Of a DNA stretch of 64,000 bases, positions 1-13,649 are shown piece after piece. The stretch's first letter is position 1; every line of letters begins with the position of its first letter. The stretch is from Malacoraja senta (lineage: Eukaryota). The notes beneath the pieces are model-generated. The model worked only from the letters and a program-made list of their open reading frames with translations. It searched no databases and had not been told where the DNA came from. The stretch lies in assembly GCA_038087875.1 (NCBI GenBank), contig JAXLNO010000146.1, positions 496,001-560,000 on the forward strand. The letters are read 5' to 3'. The position numbers and the translations under genes were made by a program.

Positions 1-689
1 CACCTCTTCCTGCTGTCACGTGACTCCGAAGTAAAATTACATTTCCTCGTTCCCTTTTCCATATTCATTTCCACCTGCTTCTATCTCCAATCGGATGAGC
101 CGTGACGCGCATGTCTAAAGCACCCTCGATATCCGATACCAATACCACGTCCGTCCATGAGTCTCCCCTGCTCCTCATTTTACCATAAGCTCTCTCCGCT
201 TAGTAGATTCGGTCATTCAGTCCACTATGGAACTGCAAATATGCAGATGTTCCAATGAGATTTCATTGACCTGAAACGCTTTCTCTGATCCACTCTCCTC
301 GGATATAGCATGACATGCGAGTATTCTCATTGGTTTCCCTTTTCACTCAAGAACCAGTGTTCCCACTGAACATTGGACGAACACGTCCACTTCCCAAACC
401 GCCGCTCTCCCGCTCGCACACAAACGGACTAACACATCTTAAGTTGGTGTGAAAAATAATTTGTGTTAAAATAAACAAACATTTTCTGAAATATTTATTT
501 CAAGTAAAACAAATTGCGAAATAGTGCCTGTGATTTGGATATGCTTTTTCGGGATACGAATATATATGGCAGCGATGTAAACAGGTAAAACGCGAATATA
601 TTACCCATTACAAATTTAGGTCTGTGCATCGTAAATTAAAATTCCAGTTGAATGTGCATATGTCCCCTGAGTTTATCAAGCTGTGTATT

Positions 690-1573
690 TTACTTCAATA
701 ATTTAGAAAGTAAAACAAGAGGCCGTTTAATCATTATCTTCATTTCATCTCTGCAGTTTCGTTGAGACGCAGCATAAAGGAACGTGTTTGGACAAGTGCT
801 TAAAACTCTTAACTGGAATCCAGTTTCTTCTGCAACGGCGAATGATCTCTGTAATCAGATTTCATCAGTTGATTATCGGTAAAATGTAGAGCAACAAAGC
901 AAGCCAAATTTACCGTCCACAATAGAAGGAAACTACCAGATATCGCGAGTAGTAAAATGAGCGATTCTCAATTTCTTGATCCATCCGGCACTTCTCAATT
1001 TCGTTTCCCCGTAGTTTGTTTCTGATTCTGTTCGCCCGTATAATATGACTTATTGTTAAGGCGTTGAACTGGAAGATCAACACAAATGGTAGAAATTGTG
1101 TTAAGATGGTCTCTAACTATAAGAATGCAGCCCAGATAGGTAAATTATAGAAGCTTGATTTTGCAGTGCAGTACCAGGGCACATTGTCAATTATTTCACG
1201 TGGTTCAAGTAAGAAGAAAACCGGCATATTTTCAACAATGCATAATAAACAAACGATCGTTATAACCGTTGTTGAATTTTTTTCAGTGCAGTACTTAGTT
1301 TTTAACGACTGACAACAAATAGAAACAAATCGATCAAAGGTAAACGAAACAGTCAACCAAACGGAACAATCAATAGCAATATCATATTGAGACGGCAGAT
1401 TGGAGTGTAATGTAGGACTGAACGTAGAAAAAAGGCATCATTAATCTCAAAAAGTATTGGACCAAATATCAGATGCGATAGGTTAGCTGCCGCCATCCAT
1501 ACTAGATATCGGGTGATGCATATGGAGAGCCCACACTTTCCGGTGGACAGGATGGAGATTGTCAATATATTAG
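690..1573 (-). pseudogene. Exon 2 of a GPR139/GPR142-like class A GPCR pseudogene
   Basis: Acceptor ttctttgcAG at 1575-1574. Translation ANILTISILSTGKCGL..MAAANL..DCSVWLTVSFTFDRFVSICC..EPREIIDNVPWYC..ENR..NTFLYA is colinear with the intact gene at 57922. Lesions: ~10-nt frameshift deletion near 1380, TGG>TAG at 1117-1119, deletion near 960, 1-nt deletion near 850. Terminal TAA at 690-692. Confidence 0.92.
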
Positions 1574-1829
1574 CTGCAAAGAATAAAGGGAATTGCATCA
1601 AAACTTATCTTGTAAATTGTCTTTCTTCCACATGTTGCATTATTTCCATTGCTCATTGATCCAAAGTTTTTCATCAAATCTATGGAATGAATAATAATCA
1701 GGATACGGTTTCTAACTCATGCCTATTACCCATAATGTATGCTCGAAATGGGGCATACACGAAATGGGGCTATTACAGTAACCAACGTAATTAGGGACTT
1801 TTGGTTATCTTTCAAATTTCCTCTATCTC

Positions 1830-2745
1830 CCCCTGAAGCCCAAAAACCAATCAAATCTGTTTAACCTTACCCACTGCCTCGAGGATATATAGTGTTGGAT
1901 GGCCCAGAACGTCCTCCAATTAAACGAGAGTAAGTCTGAGGTCATCCTTCACGGCTCCTCGGACTCAATCAAAATGATAGCAGGCAGCCTTGGAAGCCTT
2001 ACCCCACTACTCAAACTTCACGTCAAAAACCTTGGCGTGATATTTGACTCAGCACTGAAATTTGACAAACAAGTCAATGCCGTGGTAAAAGCTAGCTTCT
2101 TTCTGCTTCGGACGATAGCTAAAATAAAATAATTCCTCCAGTTTGATTACCTCGAAAAAATCATCCACACATTCATCTCCTCCCGCCTAGATCACTGCAA
2201 CTCCCTTTACACTGGCATCAGCCAATCTTCCCTGTCCCGCCTGCAACTGGTCCAAAACGCCGCAGCGAGACTCCTGACGGGCACCCGAAAAATGGACCAC
2301 ATCACCCCAATCCTGGCCTCTCTCCACTGGCTCCCTGTGCGATTCCGTATAAACTTCAAGATCCTCCTCCATGTCTACAAAGCCCTCAATGGGCTTGCCC
2401 CCACCTATATAAAAAGTCTTCTCACCCACCACTCCACCTCCAGGCCCCTCAGATCGGCCGACTTGGGGTTGCTGAATATCCCACGGTCTAGGCATAAGCT
2501 TGTGGAACAGCATCCCCTTTCCCATCAGAACTGCCCCCTCCATCGACTCTTTTAAGTCAAGACTAAAGACTTATCTATACTCCCAAGCCTTTCCTGACGT
2601 CCTCTGAGTGAGGGCTACATGTATATATGTATGTAGTTTGTTTTGTTTGTGCTATTCTTATAACAAATGTAAAGCACTTTGGCCAACGAGAGTTGTTTTT
2701 TAAATGTGCTATATAAATAAATGTGACTTGACTTGACTTGACTTG
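1830..2745 (+). mobile_element. L2-clade LINE, 3' portion
   Basis: RT C-terminal motifs LQLNESKSE, LGVIFDS, RLDHCNSL, LQLVQNAAAR, HITPILASLHWLP; 3' end aataaa followed by (GACTT)n. Confidence 0.9.
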
Positions 2746-4029
2746 GAACAACAATAACTGTGCTGGCGTGATTCAACTGTGAGAATGATTAGATTGATAA
2801 GGAGAGTGGTCGGTACGCATTAAGAATTTTTATCACAGGGCACGTTCTGATATAGCTGAAGATTAATTTCAGACGTTAAAGCTGCGGGTTTCAGAAAATA
2901 TTATACTATCGTTTATATTTATTACAGTTTATTTTTATGCTCAAACTATCCTCGGTATATTCTCTCTTTGTTCTAATACAGTAACAACTACCAGGTGAAT
3001 TTTCTTAACAGAAACCAAACTGCTGTACTAAACAGAAACCAAATTACTGTACAACAAATCGTGATGGAGGCCTTTGAACAATTATGCAAATATAATCGAG
3101 AAATAAGTGTGAGAAATGTGCTCAATGAATGTAAGGTTACATTGTTATCACAACATTGAGGTCCGTGGTCGCCGATATTACCAGATAACGGTGGCCGCAC
3201 TTGAAAAAACCCTTAAATTTCGCCATGGAGACATTTATTTGATTATCTGATCACTCCTTTTATTTGATCGTGATAAAATGACAGTTGTGATTTTGACATA
3301 AAAAATAATTTGTTGTATTTTTTTATCCCGCATTCGATTCCCCAATAATTCAAAAACCTTTTGCATTTCTGGCAGTAATATTTGCAGAGCTGTGTCAAAC
3401 AGTAATATTACATTATATTTTATATCTATGTTTCGTCAAACTGGAACTACAAATCAGTGACAAAAAGATAGCTTCCGCATTCAGGGCAATTAAGCCGAAT
3501 GGTTAGCATTTGAAATAAAATGCTTGACGAAATTAATCGCATCCAGTAAATCTCCCCATTTAACGTCGACACTACTCATTAGGGAATAAAGTCCATCTCG
3601 TTTTGAGCGCAGCAAAATACACTTTTATGTCACAAAACAAATAGCTGTATCTGGGGCTATTCCCTACCTTCGTTGACTTTATCGACATCATACAATAGCA
3701 TATCATATTTAACAAATGTTTCTTCGGCCTTAGAGTTTAAAGGTCGTCCAGAATATCAGTGAATAATATATTGTGCTGTTGCCGAAGGCAGTGGCTTCGT
3801 CTAGCAATTGAAAATGAAAGGGAAGACCTCTGAAGATTTTCTGCCCCAGGTACCAATGTTAAAAGCGGACCATGGAAACACATGGAAAAAGAATCTTGGT
3901 ATATTTTTCGCCAGGAGACATAATTATATTTGCTTGTGCATTAAATTATAATACATTCCTTTAAAATAGCAGAGTTTCTAATTTCAATCCAGCAGTTTAG
4001 GTTGTGGCGACGCAGCGGATCAACACCAC

Positions 4030-5390
4030 ATTAGGGAGCTGACTGTCGTTCTAGCTCTGGCCTTTGAGCACATGCACATTTTGGATGTTCTCCTACGACC
4101 ACACCAAGTCCACGTCCGATACCATCGCCCTGACACTGCACTCATGTGAAGAAACAACTGGGTAGGAAGGACACCTACGTCAGATTCCTCGACTATAGCT
4201 CTGTTATCAATACTATTACCCCCAACAAAGCTTACCTCCAAACTCGTGGAAGTTGGAGTCGCCACTCCCCTCTACAAATGGATGCTCAACTTCCGAACCT
4301 ACAGAGCACATTTAGCGAGACTACGTGACAAATCGTCATCCAATATAATTCTCAATATTGGTGCCCCACCAGGATTCGTTCTCACCCTTCTTCTATGCTC
4401 CTTATATACTCACGGCTGTGGAGCCAAATACCAACCCATATCAATCTACATGTTTGCATATGATACTACACTAGTTGGTCGGCTATCGAATAGTGACGAG
4501 ACGAAATACAGATAGGAGATTGAGAATCTTGTAATTTAGCGTCAAGACAACAACATCTCTCCCAATGTCAGGAAGACAAAGTAGATCGGGAATGATTTTA
4601 GGAAGAAAAGCGGTCCACACATCCCAGTCCACTTGATATAGCCGACGTATAGGCTGTCAAAAGATTCAAGTACCTAAGAATAAATGTCACCAGCGATTTG
4701 CCCTCCCGCATCGAATCAAAGGCTTGGAAAGCACATCAACGCCCAACCTCCTTAGAACTATGAGCAATTCGGTTTGGCCTCCAACAACCCTCAACAACGA
4801 CTGCACATGCGCCGTGGAAAGCAACGTATCGGGATGCAACACAGCCTGGTTTGGGAACAGTTCAATTCACATCGCAAGAAATTGCAGAGCGTTGCGGACG
4901 TAGCACAGACCATGTCAACAACCAGCCAGCCTCCCATCAACTACATTTGCATTTCACACAACCTCAGCAAGGATGCCACCAGAATGAACGACCAGTCTCT
5001 CCAGGTCACTCTATCTCTTTCTTTCTCTGCAATCTAGCAGAAGATAGAGAAGTTTGAAAACGCATACGTCCAGATTCAATAACAGTTTATTTCCAGCTGT
5101 TATCAGGCAACAGAGCGATTGTCTCATCAGGTAGACAGCGGTGCTGAACATCCACTACCTCAATGCAGACCTTTGAACTTCCTTTCCTCGGAGTTTATGT
5201 AATATATACAACGTTATATATTTGCACTAGCTGTTATACACGTCATTCTTTATCTGCACACTGTGGGCGGCTTGATTGATTGATTGATGTTTAGTATTGA
5301 TCTGGACTGGATAGCACGGAAACAAAAGCTTTTGATTGCATCGCGGTACACGTGACAACAATAAACTAAACGAAACTTGACTAAACTAAA
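4030..5390 (+). mobile_element. Degraded Rex1/Babar-type LINE
   Basis: RT remnants DTYVRFLDYSS..NTI, NIGAPPG, FAYDTT; 3' end gtacacgtgacaacaataaa followed by (ctaaa)n. Confidence 0.75.
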
Positions 5391-5779
5391 CGAATGCATC
5401 TCCTTTCCAATTAAGTTTCCGGCAACGAACAAGGGTGATGTCCACCAATAATTAGATAGTCGCGGAAAGAGCCAATTTCTGGTCGCGGAAAGAACCCATT
5501 TACCTCTCATGTTTGGACATGCATGCAATATACAGTTCAAAACCACAATTTTGGAGCACTCTACACGAATTAAATTCAGCAAATGTAGCTGGATTGCTCA
5601 ATCAAAGGCAAAGCGGACGCGATGCAACATTCGAATCAATTGGACTGTTCCCGAGAAATAGTCAGATTCGGTGAATGATTGTTTCGTTGTATCAGTACCG
5701 TATTTATATATCCAGGTATCTATGTCGGCTGTCAAGCAGGTTAAGGTGCACATAGAAAAATATTACGGAAATTGCTTAC

Positions 5780-5849
5780 CAGGAACTCCAATTATTACAA
5801 GAATGGAATAGTAGATGCGATCTACCAGTAATTTTACGGGCAGTCCCAT
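5780..5849 (-). pseudogene. Coding exon 1 of the same GPCR pseudogene (MGLPVKLLVDRIYYSILVIIGVP)
   Basis: ATG at 5849, 70 nt, donor GTAAG. Phase 1 joins 1573 to give GVP-A-N, the same length and phase as exon 1 of the intact paralog. Confidence 0.88.
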
Positions 5850-7949
5850 AATCGTTGAATGTGATGTTTCCAGTTAGTTGAAAAGGCTTGCGAATCTCCT
5901 GCTTTCATGTTTAGTGTCTCATTTACATCTCAGGTAAACCTCGAGGGTATAATGAGCCATGCAAATTAATGCCAATGATGATGACACGTGTGATACAGTA
6001 TGTCATTAATATTTTCGTACGCATGCTCAATAAAAATAATGCAAGGCTTTACTATATTATTTATGGGAGTATAAGCGAGTTGTGTATTCCGACTGCGCAT
6101 GCCCAGGTCATAGGTGACTGGAGATGGACACTGGAAGGTGCGGATCTGCTGTGTGTTATCTTTGGTTATCAGAATTTCCTTTCAGTGAGTGCTTTATGCT
6201 TCTGCTGCTTCCTGGCGTCGGGGTCCTTGGTCGAGGTTCATGGTCGGGGTCGGTCGCTGACGCGGGTCTTCTGCGCCGCGGGCACCGCCGAGCCGCCGCT
6301 GGGCCGTCCCCCCCTCCAACACCCCCCCCCCCGGTGTCCCGTCCCCGTCCGGTGGCAGACGGAGGTGTCCGGCCGGGCTCGCTGCCGGCGCTGGGGGTGG
6401 GGGGGGGGGGGTGGGTGGTTCGACGGTCAAGCGGCGGCTTGGCAGCGCTCAATGTGCCGGGGACACGGGCTCGACCCTGGCTGCGGATGAGGCGCGGGTC
6501 TATGCGCGCCCTCCCCTGTCTCCCAATGGCATCTCCCCCCTCTCTCTCGCTGTTACACCCGCTCTCCCGCTACTTGCCACCCCTTGTTCCTCAGATTAAA
6601 TTTATTTTTACACATAAATCATGTATAAAGATAAGAATTTACATTCAGTTATCCCTTTTTCTTTTTTTGCCATTGATCTTTGAGAATTCCCATGATTCTT
6701 TGCGTTTTTCGAAATACCGAAGTCGCTGATTGCACTCATTTCGATGTGCGTGTGGTTACATGCCGGGAATGGAGAAATAGTTCGCAGATGTGATTTGTTA
6801 ATTTTGACATTATCTTCGGCACTAACATTGAGAGCCTGTGTTGGGTTGTTTCATGATCTACGATCAAAAGGCATTGAGGCCATTGGGCGTGGTCTCTGAA
6901 ACTGCAAAACTAGAATCTGTAAAACGATAATTTCTTGTCTGCTATTTCTGTCTTTGCACTTCTATGATCTTCTGTTGTACGTTGATAATGCTTAATTGTA
7001 TCATGTAAGGTGTTATTTGAGTGGATGGCACACAAATAACACTTCACACTGGTAAAGATGACATTAACAAAACAAAGCAAATCAAATGAAATCATTTCAC
7101 ACATGGAGAAAATCAAATACAATTGCTAAAAGTGTTCCATATGACTTGCGTGGAATAGCGAAGCAAAACGCTCACAATGATTTATAACAATTACACTTCT
7201 GAGCATGTGAATCAAATTGGAGTTGACTATTTTATATCAAAATAAATAAAATATATATTGTTGGACAAGATGCAGAAAGACTGGCAGTTTGTCAATAAAT
7301 GTGTTGGGTTGAATCAATAGGTCGCATGACGGGTTGTATTCAGCGACTAAGCGTGTTAGTCTTTTAACACACAAACCTGAAACGCCTTGACAATGCCATG
7401 TTTTTCCCTTGAGTCTCAAATAGAAGTTATAGGTAGCCCAAACGACGCAAATGTAGGCACCTGCTCCCATTATCTCGCATATCCCTAGCTAATGTTTAAT
7501 CATCCAAGATAGGATTGAAGAACTGAGAGGAAGACCAATGCTTCAAATGAAAATTAGTGCCGCTGTGTTTTTCTTGCACAAATAAATGGCTCATCCCAAT
7601 TCAACGAACCCTGTCACACAACCTGGGGTGTCTCCATTTATTGCAGCAGCAGGGTGGAATCTTCGGGCAAGGAGAAAGGCTACGATGCCTGTGTTTTGGT
7701 CAATGTTTCGTCGTATATACCAACGTAATTCACTGCGAATATCTTGTCCACAATTTATGAACCAGGACAACCCACCGCCAACATGGCATTGGGCGTATTA
7801 TACACGCTGTTAAATTATTTTCAGACTACCAATACAGAAGTCCTGATCAACATCACCGTTGACTTCGATCACTTCCGAGGGAAGCAAAGGATGATGGTGG
7901 ATGGTAGACAAAAGTGCTGGAGAAACTCAGCGGGTGCGGCAGCATCTAT

Positions 7950-8516
7950 GGGCGGCGGCACAGCGCTCGAACACCGTCACGGAGCGGGCGATGCCTCACC
8001 GGGTCGCCGTGCGTTGGGCTCCGGAGTGCTGTGACCGCCGACTCCAACATCGAGGAGCTGTGGCTGCGAGCGTCCAGCCGCGGGCGGCGCTGGATTTAAA
8101 ACACCGCGGAGCCTGGGATCCGAGATCGCCAGATTCGGAGCTCCAACCAGCGCGGCCTGAGGATTTCGGGAGCCGCGGTCTCCGGGGTGGAATCGGCCGC
8201 TCCAGAGATTCCAAGCCGCTGAGGAGTGTTCACCCGACGCCGGAGTTCCATCTTCCCAGCAAGAGGGCCTGAAGCATCAGGCTGCCGTAGCGGCGACCAC
8301 GGAGCCACAATAGGCCCGACTATGGGTGAACAGGGGACGGGACTGGACTTTGCTGCCTTCCCCCACTGTGGGAACCATTGTGGGGGGGATGTTTTTATGT
8401 TTATTGTTAAATTCTTTAAGGTTGTGTCTTATCTTTATTCGTGTGCTGAAATGGCAAGTCAAATTTCACTACACCAATTGGTATATGTGATAATAAATGT
8501 CCTTTGTATCCTTTGT
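7950..8516 (+). mobile_element. GC-rich non-autonomous retroelement inserted into a Penelope-derived short repeat
   Basis: Splits the repeat gcagcatctatgg|agcgaaggaaataggcaac, which is contiguous at 41050-41080. Ends in aataaa plus a tgtatcctt-type short tandem tail. Confidence 0.7.
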
Positions 8517-8894
8517 AGGAGCGAAGGAAATAGGCAACGCTTCGGGCCGAAACCCTTCTTCAGCCGACTGGAGGCCTGTCACCAGTGGTGTGCCTCAGCG
8601 ATTGGTACTGCGCCCATTGCAGTTTGACATTTAATTCAATGACGAATAAGAACGTACATGGCATGATTAGCAAATCTGCAGATGACACAAAAGGGGGGCC
8701 ATTGTAGTTAGTGGAGATGATTGTCAGAAATATCAGCAGGATCTTGATCGGTTGGACAGGTGGGCTGAGGGATCGTTAATGGGATTTAATGCAGATAAAT
8801 GTGCGGTTGAATTTTGGGAAGTTTAACATGAATAATATGGCTCTGGGGAATGTTGTGGAGCCGACGGAACTGGAAGTGAAGGTTCACAGTTAAC

Positions 8895-9450
8895 CACCGG
8901 GTGGCGCCGCCGCAGTGGCTGCCTCGCCAACAGTCTGTTTGTCCCCTCTCTGTTTTTATTATTTTAAGTATGTTTTAAAAGTATGTTTTAATGTTTCTTG
9001 GTCTGTTTTATGTGGGGGTTGGGGGGGGGGGATCGGGGAAAACTTTTTTTAACTCACTTACCTCGATGAAGATTCGATTTTTCGCCGCATCGAATCTCCG
9101 TCCCCCCTGTGGCAAACAACGTGGTGGTGCGGCCTTTCCTGAAGACCGGCCCGGAGATTCGATCATCCCGACGCGAAGGCTCGGACATCGGACCGTCGGC
9201 AGCGGCGACTGCGGAGGTTTCAAAAGCCCGACCACGGGTGAACAAAGGAGGAAGATGATTGAAATTTATTAACTTCCATCACAGTGAGGAATGTGGAATT
9301 CACTGTGGTGGGTATTTATGTTAAATTTTAATTTATGTGGCTGTGTGTATTGTTGTTTTTTCACTTAGTATGGCTATTTATTAACTCAAATTTCACGGTA
9401 TCTTAATTGGTATGTGTCAATTAAATTGAATCTTGAATCTTGAATCTTGA
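8895..9450 (+). mobile_element. GC-rich non-autonomous retroelement, similar 3' end to 7950-8516
   Basis: Shared 3' segment (caaatttcac..aattggta..tgt) and a (tgaatct)n tail. Confidence 0.65.
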
Positions 9451-11382
9451 ATATTGATAGTTCCCTGATCGCGGTGTTACAGGTAGACAGGGTGGTCAAA
9501 ACGATTTCAGCAAATTGGCCTTCGTTATTCAGAATATTGAATAGAGACGAGGGCAGTTCTCCTGGTGTTGGTGAGGCCGCATTTAGAGTAGTGTGTTCAG
9601 TTTTGGGAACCATGGTGCTGCCAAGCGGGAATGGGTGCAGAGAAGATTTATGAGGTTGTGGCTAGGATTCGACAGTGTGCGCTATAGTGAGACGATGAAG
9701 ATTCGAGGAATAAAGATGTTATAACGAATGGATACAGGTTGCGAAATAGGAACCAGTCGGACTACTCGGGTAAGGGAGGGGAAGAGAGAGGGAATGCAGG
9801 ATTTACTGGATATTAGAGAGATTAACATTAATACCTCTTGGTTGTAAGCTACAAAAGCGAAATATGTGGTTCTGTTCCTTAATTTGCATGTAGCTTCTGT
9901 GGGAGCCATTAAGCCTGTCATTATATTATAGCCATGTCTAACATTTTTAATATGTTAGTCTTCATCTGTCTGTATTTTTGTAGGTGGGATTTGATATGTA
10001 GAAGGGGTGTGTCTATTTCTAGAGTAGACTTGCGCAGACTCATAGATTAGGAGTCAGTTGGGTCTTGGAAGGATGGTGGGAATACAGTTTTTTACCATTC
10101 ATTCACACACATGTTAATGAGACGACATATTTTATAAGAAAAAACGTTTAGATGATTAATATGACATTAATGGAACAGCGGTTAAGAACGAAAAGTGAAG
10201 GATTTTTTCTTTGCTATGTACTACTTCAATAAAATACCAAGTAATCAAGGAACAACGTTTGGAAGATTCGTTTTTGCTATCTTAAGTGTGCCTTATGTGT
10301 TTCGTGAGTGTGTCGTGAGTGTGTAAAATATACCTCCTAACCATCCTCCGAGGAGTAATGGCTATCGAAGTTGGACTTTGAGAATGTCGTTAAAATTGCC
10401 ATTTTAGCGTAACTTTGACATTGGAGGAATCCCGTGTAAGAAAGGTCAATAGGGGAGTGGGGAGGGGAAGTTAAATGTTTGGCAACAGAGAGATCGGATA
10501 AGCGGAGACGGGGTGTTCAGAAAAACGATCGGCAGATGTTGCCTCCAGTCTTGCTCATACATAGGGTTCCACGTGACAATTTAAATACGATTGCTCCTCA
10601 TTTATTGAGAGTGGTCCGGTCGTTCAAAAGCCTAGCGGTGAGTAGAAAGCATCCGATCTGCGAATGTTTATGGAGAGGTACTCGTCCAACCAAGTGTAGA
10701 ACATCTTTTCTTACAGATGGTGGTGTGGCTTTGGACATGCTGAGTGAGTCCCACTCTTTCAAATCCCGTTTCGGCGAAGCTCTGAAAGCCCTCGCAACAA
10801 TTTATGGTTATCCATATTTCTGGGCTAAGATTACCATGATTATGTTGCTGATATGACATTGGGCAACACTATCTTCCACCCTCAGAATATTGTTCACAAT
10901 TACTTGTTATCTCCAGCTGAGTTCAAGTGTTGTATGCTTTGATTGATGGACTATATTAATGGGATCCTGCTTGTTGTACTCAGTCGATGTGCAATATTCA
11001 GAGTGGCGCTCCCATAATATGTTCTTTGTTGAACTAAAATCCTTTTTCAGTTCCTTCCCCTGCTGTTTTTTTCTACTTTTCTTAATACCTCTCTGCTGTG
11101 GGTTAGTTGGGGGAACGGCTATAATATAACATATTAAATGGTGGGGTGGCACACTGAATCAAATATAATTGGGATGCAACCCTAACACGAGCCTTTGAGC
11201 CCATCAAGTACACATAAAAGTTGCAGATACGAGGAATTGCAGATGCGATATTACCACAAAAAGATACAATGTATCGGAATATGTTAGATGGTCAGACAAC
11301 GTCTCCGGATGACTTCTTCCTCTTGCGATTGAGTCAGCAGAAGTCCGCAGCAGGGTGATGCCATCCGGTTTGACATCCAGAG

Positions 11383-11533
11383 ATGCCCGCCCTAAAAAGG
11401 GCGCATGCTCCTGGTTGGCGCCAAGCTGCGGCGCTGCTGCTGTCTCTGCTTATTGTCCTTCGCCCGGCTGAGGTCAGTTGCCAGGGCTCACCACGGGCAG
11501 GTCCGGATGACATTGATATGCGACGTTTCTGGA
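11383..11533 (+). CDS. Candidate signal-peptide first exon of an unknown gene
   Basis: MPALKRAHAPGWRQAAALLLSLLIVLRPAEVSC-QGSP..FW followed by a consensus GTGAGT donor at 11534 (phase 1). Locally CpG-rich. No downstream exon recognised. Confidence 0.3.
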
Positions 11534-11659
11534 GTGAGTGCTTCTTCACCGAGTACGTAACGAATATGAATTATTGTTTACATTAACCAAAACAAATTAC
11601 CATTCCCGGATTCTCATCAAAATCCCCTCTTGATCCAAATAGACCTTATCACTGCCTAG

Positions 11660-11850
11660 ACAGCAGAGGCAACTTACAGTTGCCAATCAACCTATTAACT
11701 CACACATTCTTGGAATGTTGGAGAGAAAGAGTGCACCGAGAGGAAACCATGCGCTGACAGGGGAATGTGCAAACTTCACACAGACCCGGATTAAGCAATG
11801 GTCTCTGACTCTGAAAATCAGTGACTGCCTTCTGCGCTATTGGGTTGTCA
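11660..11850 (-). mobile_element. tRNA-derived SINE (V-SINE/HE1-like), degraded
   Basis: Reverse complement resembles the SINE at 13425-13640 (gtctgtgtgaagtttgcac..ggtttcctc). Confidence 0.6.
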
Positions 11851-12199
11851 GCTGTTAAACCGTGTTAACCAAATTAGCTTGCAAAGAATCTGATTAAAAT
11901 CATTCCAAGAAGCTGATCCCCGCGCTAGCTGCTTGAACATTACTGAAATAATGGCCAGCGTGGCATTAAAACCAACTATAATCTCGGCGTTTCACGTAAT
12001 TAGGAAATATGAGGGAAGTAACGGATGGGTGGAGCTGACATCCAAAATCAGACATCATCCTGATGAACAGACAAGCAGCCAGATGGCCGACTCTTGCTTT
12101 TTAATATTCACCATGCTGAGTTGATTGCATGGAAAACTACTCCTGCGGTGAGAAATATTCCGGTCATCTGAAGAGCTCAATTTTGCTGCTCCTTTGAAA

Positions 12200-12595
12200 T
12201 ATTCTGACGTATACTCTGGGATTTAGAAGGATGAGAGAGGATCTAATTGCAGCATATAAGATTATTAAGGGTTTGGACATGCTAGAGACGGGAAATGTTC
12301 CCGATATTGGGGGTGTCCAGAGCCAGGGGCCACAGTTTAAGAATAAGGCGTAAGCCATTTGGAACGTGAGGAAATACTTTTTCACACAGAGTTGCGAGTC
12401 TGTGGAATTATCTGCCTCAGAGGGCGGTTGAGGCCGGTGCTCTGGATACTTTCAAGAGAGAGCTAGATAGAGCTCTTAAAGATAGGGGATATGGGGAGAC
12501 GGCAGGAACGGGGTACTGATTGGCTATGATCAGCCATGATCACATTGAATGGCGGTGCTGGCTCGAAGGGCCGATTGGCTATTGTCTATTGTATT
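12200..12595 (+). mobile_element. CR1 3' end
   Basis: Matches the 3' region of the CR1 at 20270-20697; (ctattgt)n tail. Confidence 0.85.
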
Positions 12596-13007
12596 TTATC
12601 TATTCAGATGTTATTAAGGAAACAATGGGTAATCCACACAAAGCGGCGGGACAGATCACAGACCTTGGAGAAGGTAGTACATGATTGCCTGATCATCTTC
12701 TCGCCAGCGTAAATGCATTCGCAGTGCATTGATCACAACAGGTTTCAACATTGAAGTTGTAGAGACATCCAAATTGTCTCGAATGTTCAAAATATCCCAT
12801 TTCATCGCAAGATTTGTGCATGTAACAAATATGGGGAACAAGACACATATGGATAATTTGTCTCTTAACAAATTAATGTTATTGCAAAGGTTTGACCTAT
12901 TCCGTTCAAACCAATACAGAATTGAGATCATTGGTACATTACTGTAAAATTTCAACAGATCGGGCAAATTCGCAATTTTTAACGGGAGCCGTACCTCGCT
13001 ATCCTCT

Positions 13008-13300
13008 GTGAATCAGAATGACCAAGAGCTAGAGAACCGCACGAAATCCATAATGTTGTTGATTTCTACATCTAGCAGTTTCATATTACTTTGGCTCGTA
13101 TCCACGATTTATTTCGTATACGTAAACGTTACTAATGTTGAATACTCCTTCAGAAAAGATAGGATATATGCTGCAGCTTCTGAACCCGTGCAAAAACACA
13201 TTTATTTATGCAGTGGTTGAAAGAAAATGCAGAACAATGTTAAAGAACATTTTACTGTACTCTTTGGCGGTCGTCGTCAAATTAATTAAATATCTCAAGC
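13008..13300 (+). pseudogene. 3' fragment (ICL3-TM6-TM7-helix 8) of a third GPR139-like GPCR
   Basis: NDQELENRTKSIMLLISTSSSFILLWLV, then after a frameshift GYMLQLLNPCKNTFIYAVVERKCR, aligning to TDQETENRRKSIILLVAISGNFIFLWMV..GYMLRYLSTCTNTFIYAVFQRHFR of the intact gene. TM1-5 not found. Confidence 0.85.
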
Positions 13301-13424
13301 AGCAGATTGATTGTATAACTGAATTAACAGGAAACTGCAACAGATTTGATCTCCACACCTGTGGTTCGTGACAAAAACATGACCAATTTTTTGGCCATTA
13401 TTGCGACATCGTTTTTTGATTCTT

Positions 13425-13640
13425 CATCCGCACGGCGGCGCCGGAGACCCGGGTTCCATCCTGTCTACGGGCACTGTCTGTACGGAGTTTGTACTTTTTC
13501 CCCGTGACCGTGTGGGTTTTCCCGAGATCTTCGGTTTCCCCGCACACACCAGAAACGTACAGGTTTGCAGTTAATTGGCTCGCTATAAATATAAATTGTC
13601 CCTAGTGTGTGTAGGATGGAGTTAATGTTCGGATCGGCCT
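13425..13640 (+). mobile_element. tRNA-derived SINE (V-SINE/HE1-like)
   Basis: B-box-like gacccgggttccatcc, then gtctgtacggagtttgtac..ccccgtgaccgtgtgggttttc and aaattgtccctagtgtgt. Confidence 0.7.
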
Positions 13641-13649
13641 CGTTGAGTG

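Larger units (their letters stand above)
7877..9720 (+). mobile_element. Degraded CR1 RT fragment hosting nested insertions
   Basis: CR1-like pieces at ~7877-7900, 8565-8890 (agtggtgtgcctcag, gcagatgacacaaa) and 9455-9720, separated by the inserts listed next. Confidence 0.65.

Noticed and set aside
12625..12680. Possible exon 1 for the third GPCR (ATGGGTAATCCA..GAAG|GTAGT), and a similar weak hit near 10804
   Set aside because: Lacks the YYxILxxIGVP signature and the conserved upstream block.
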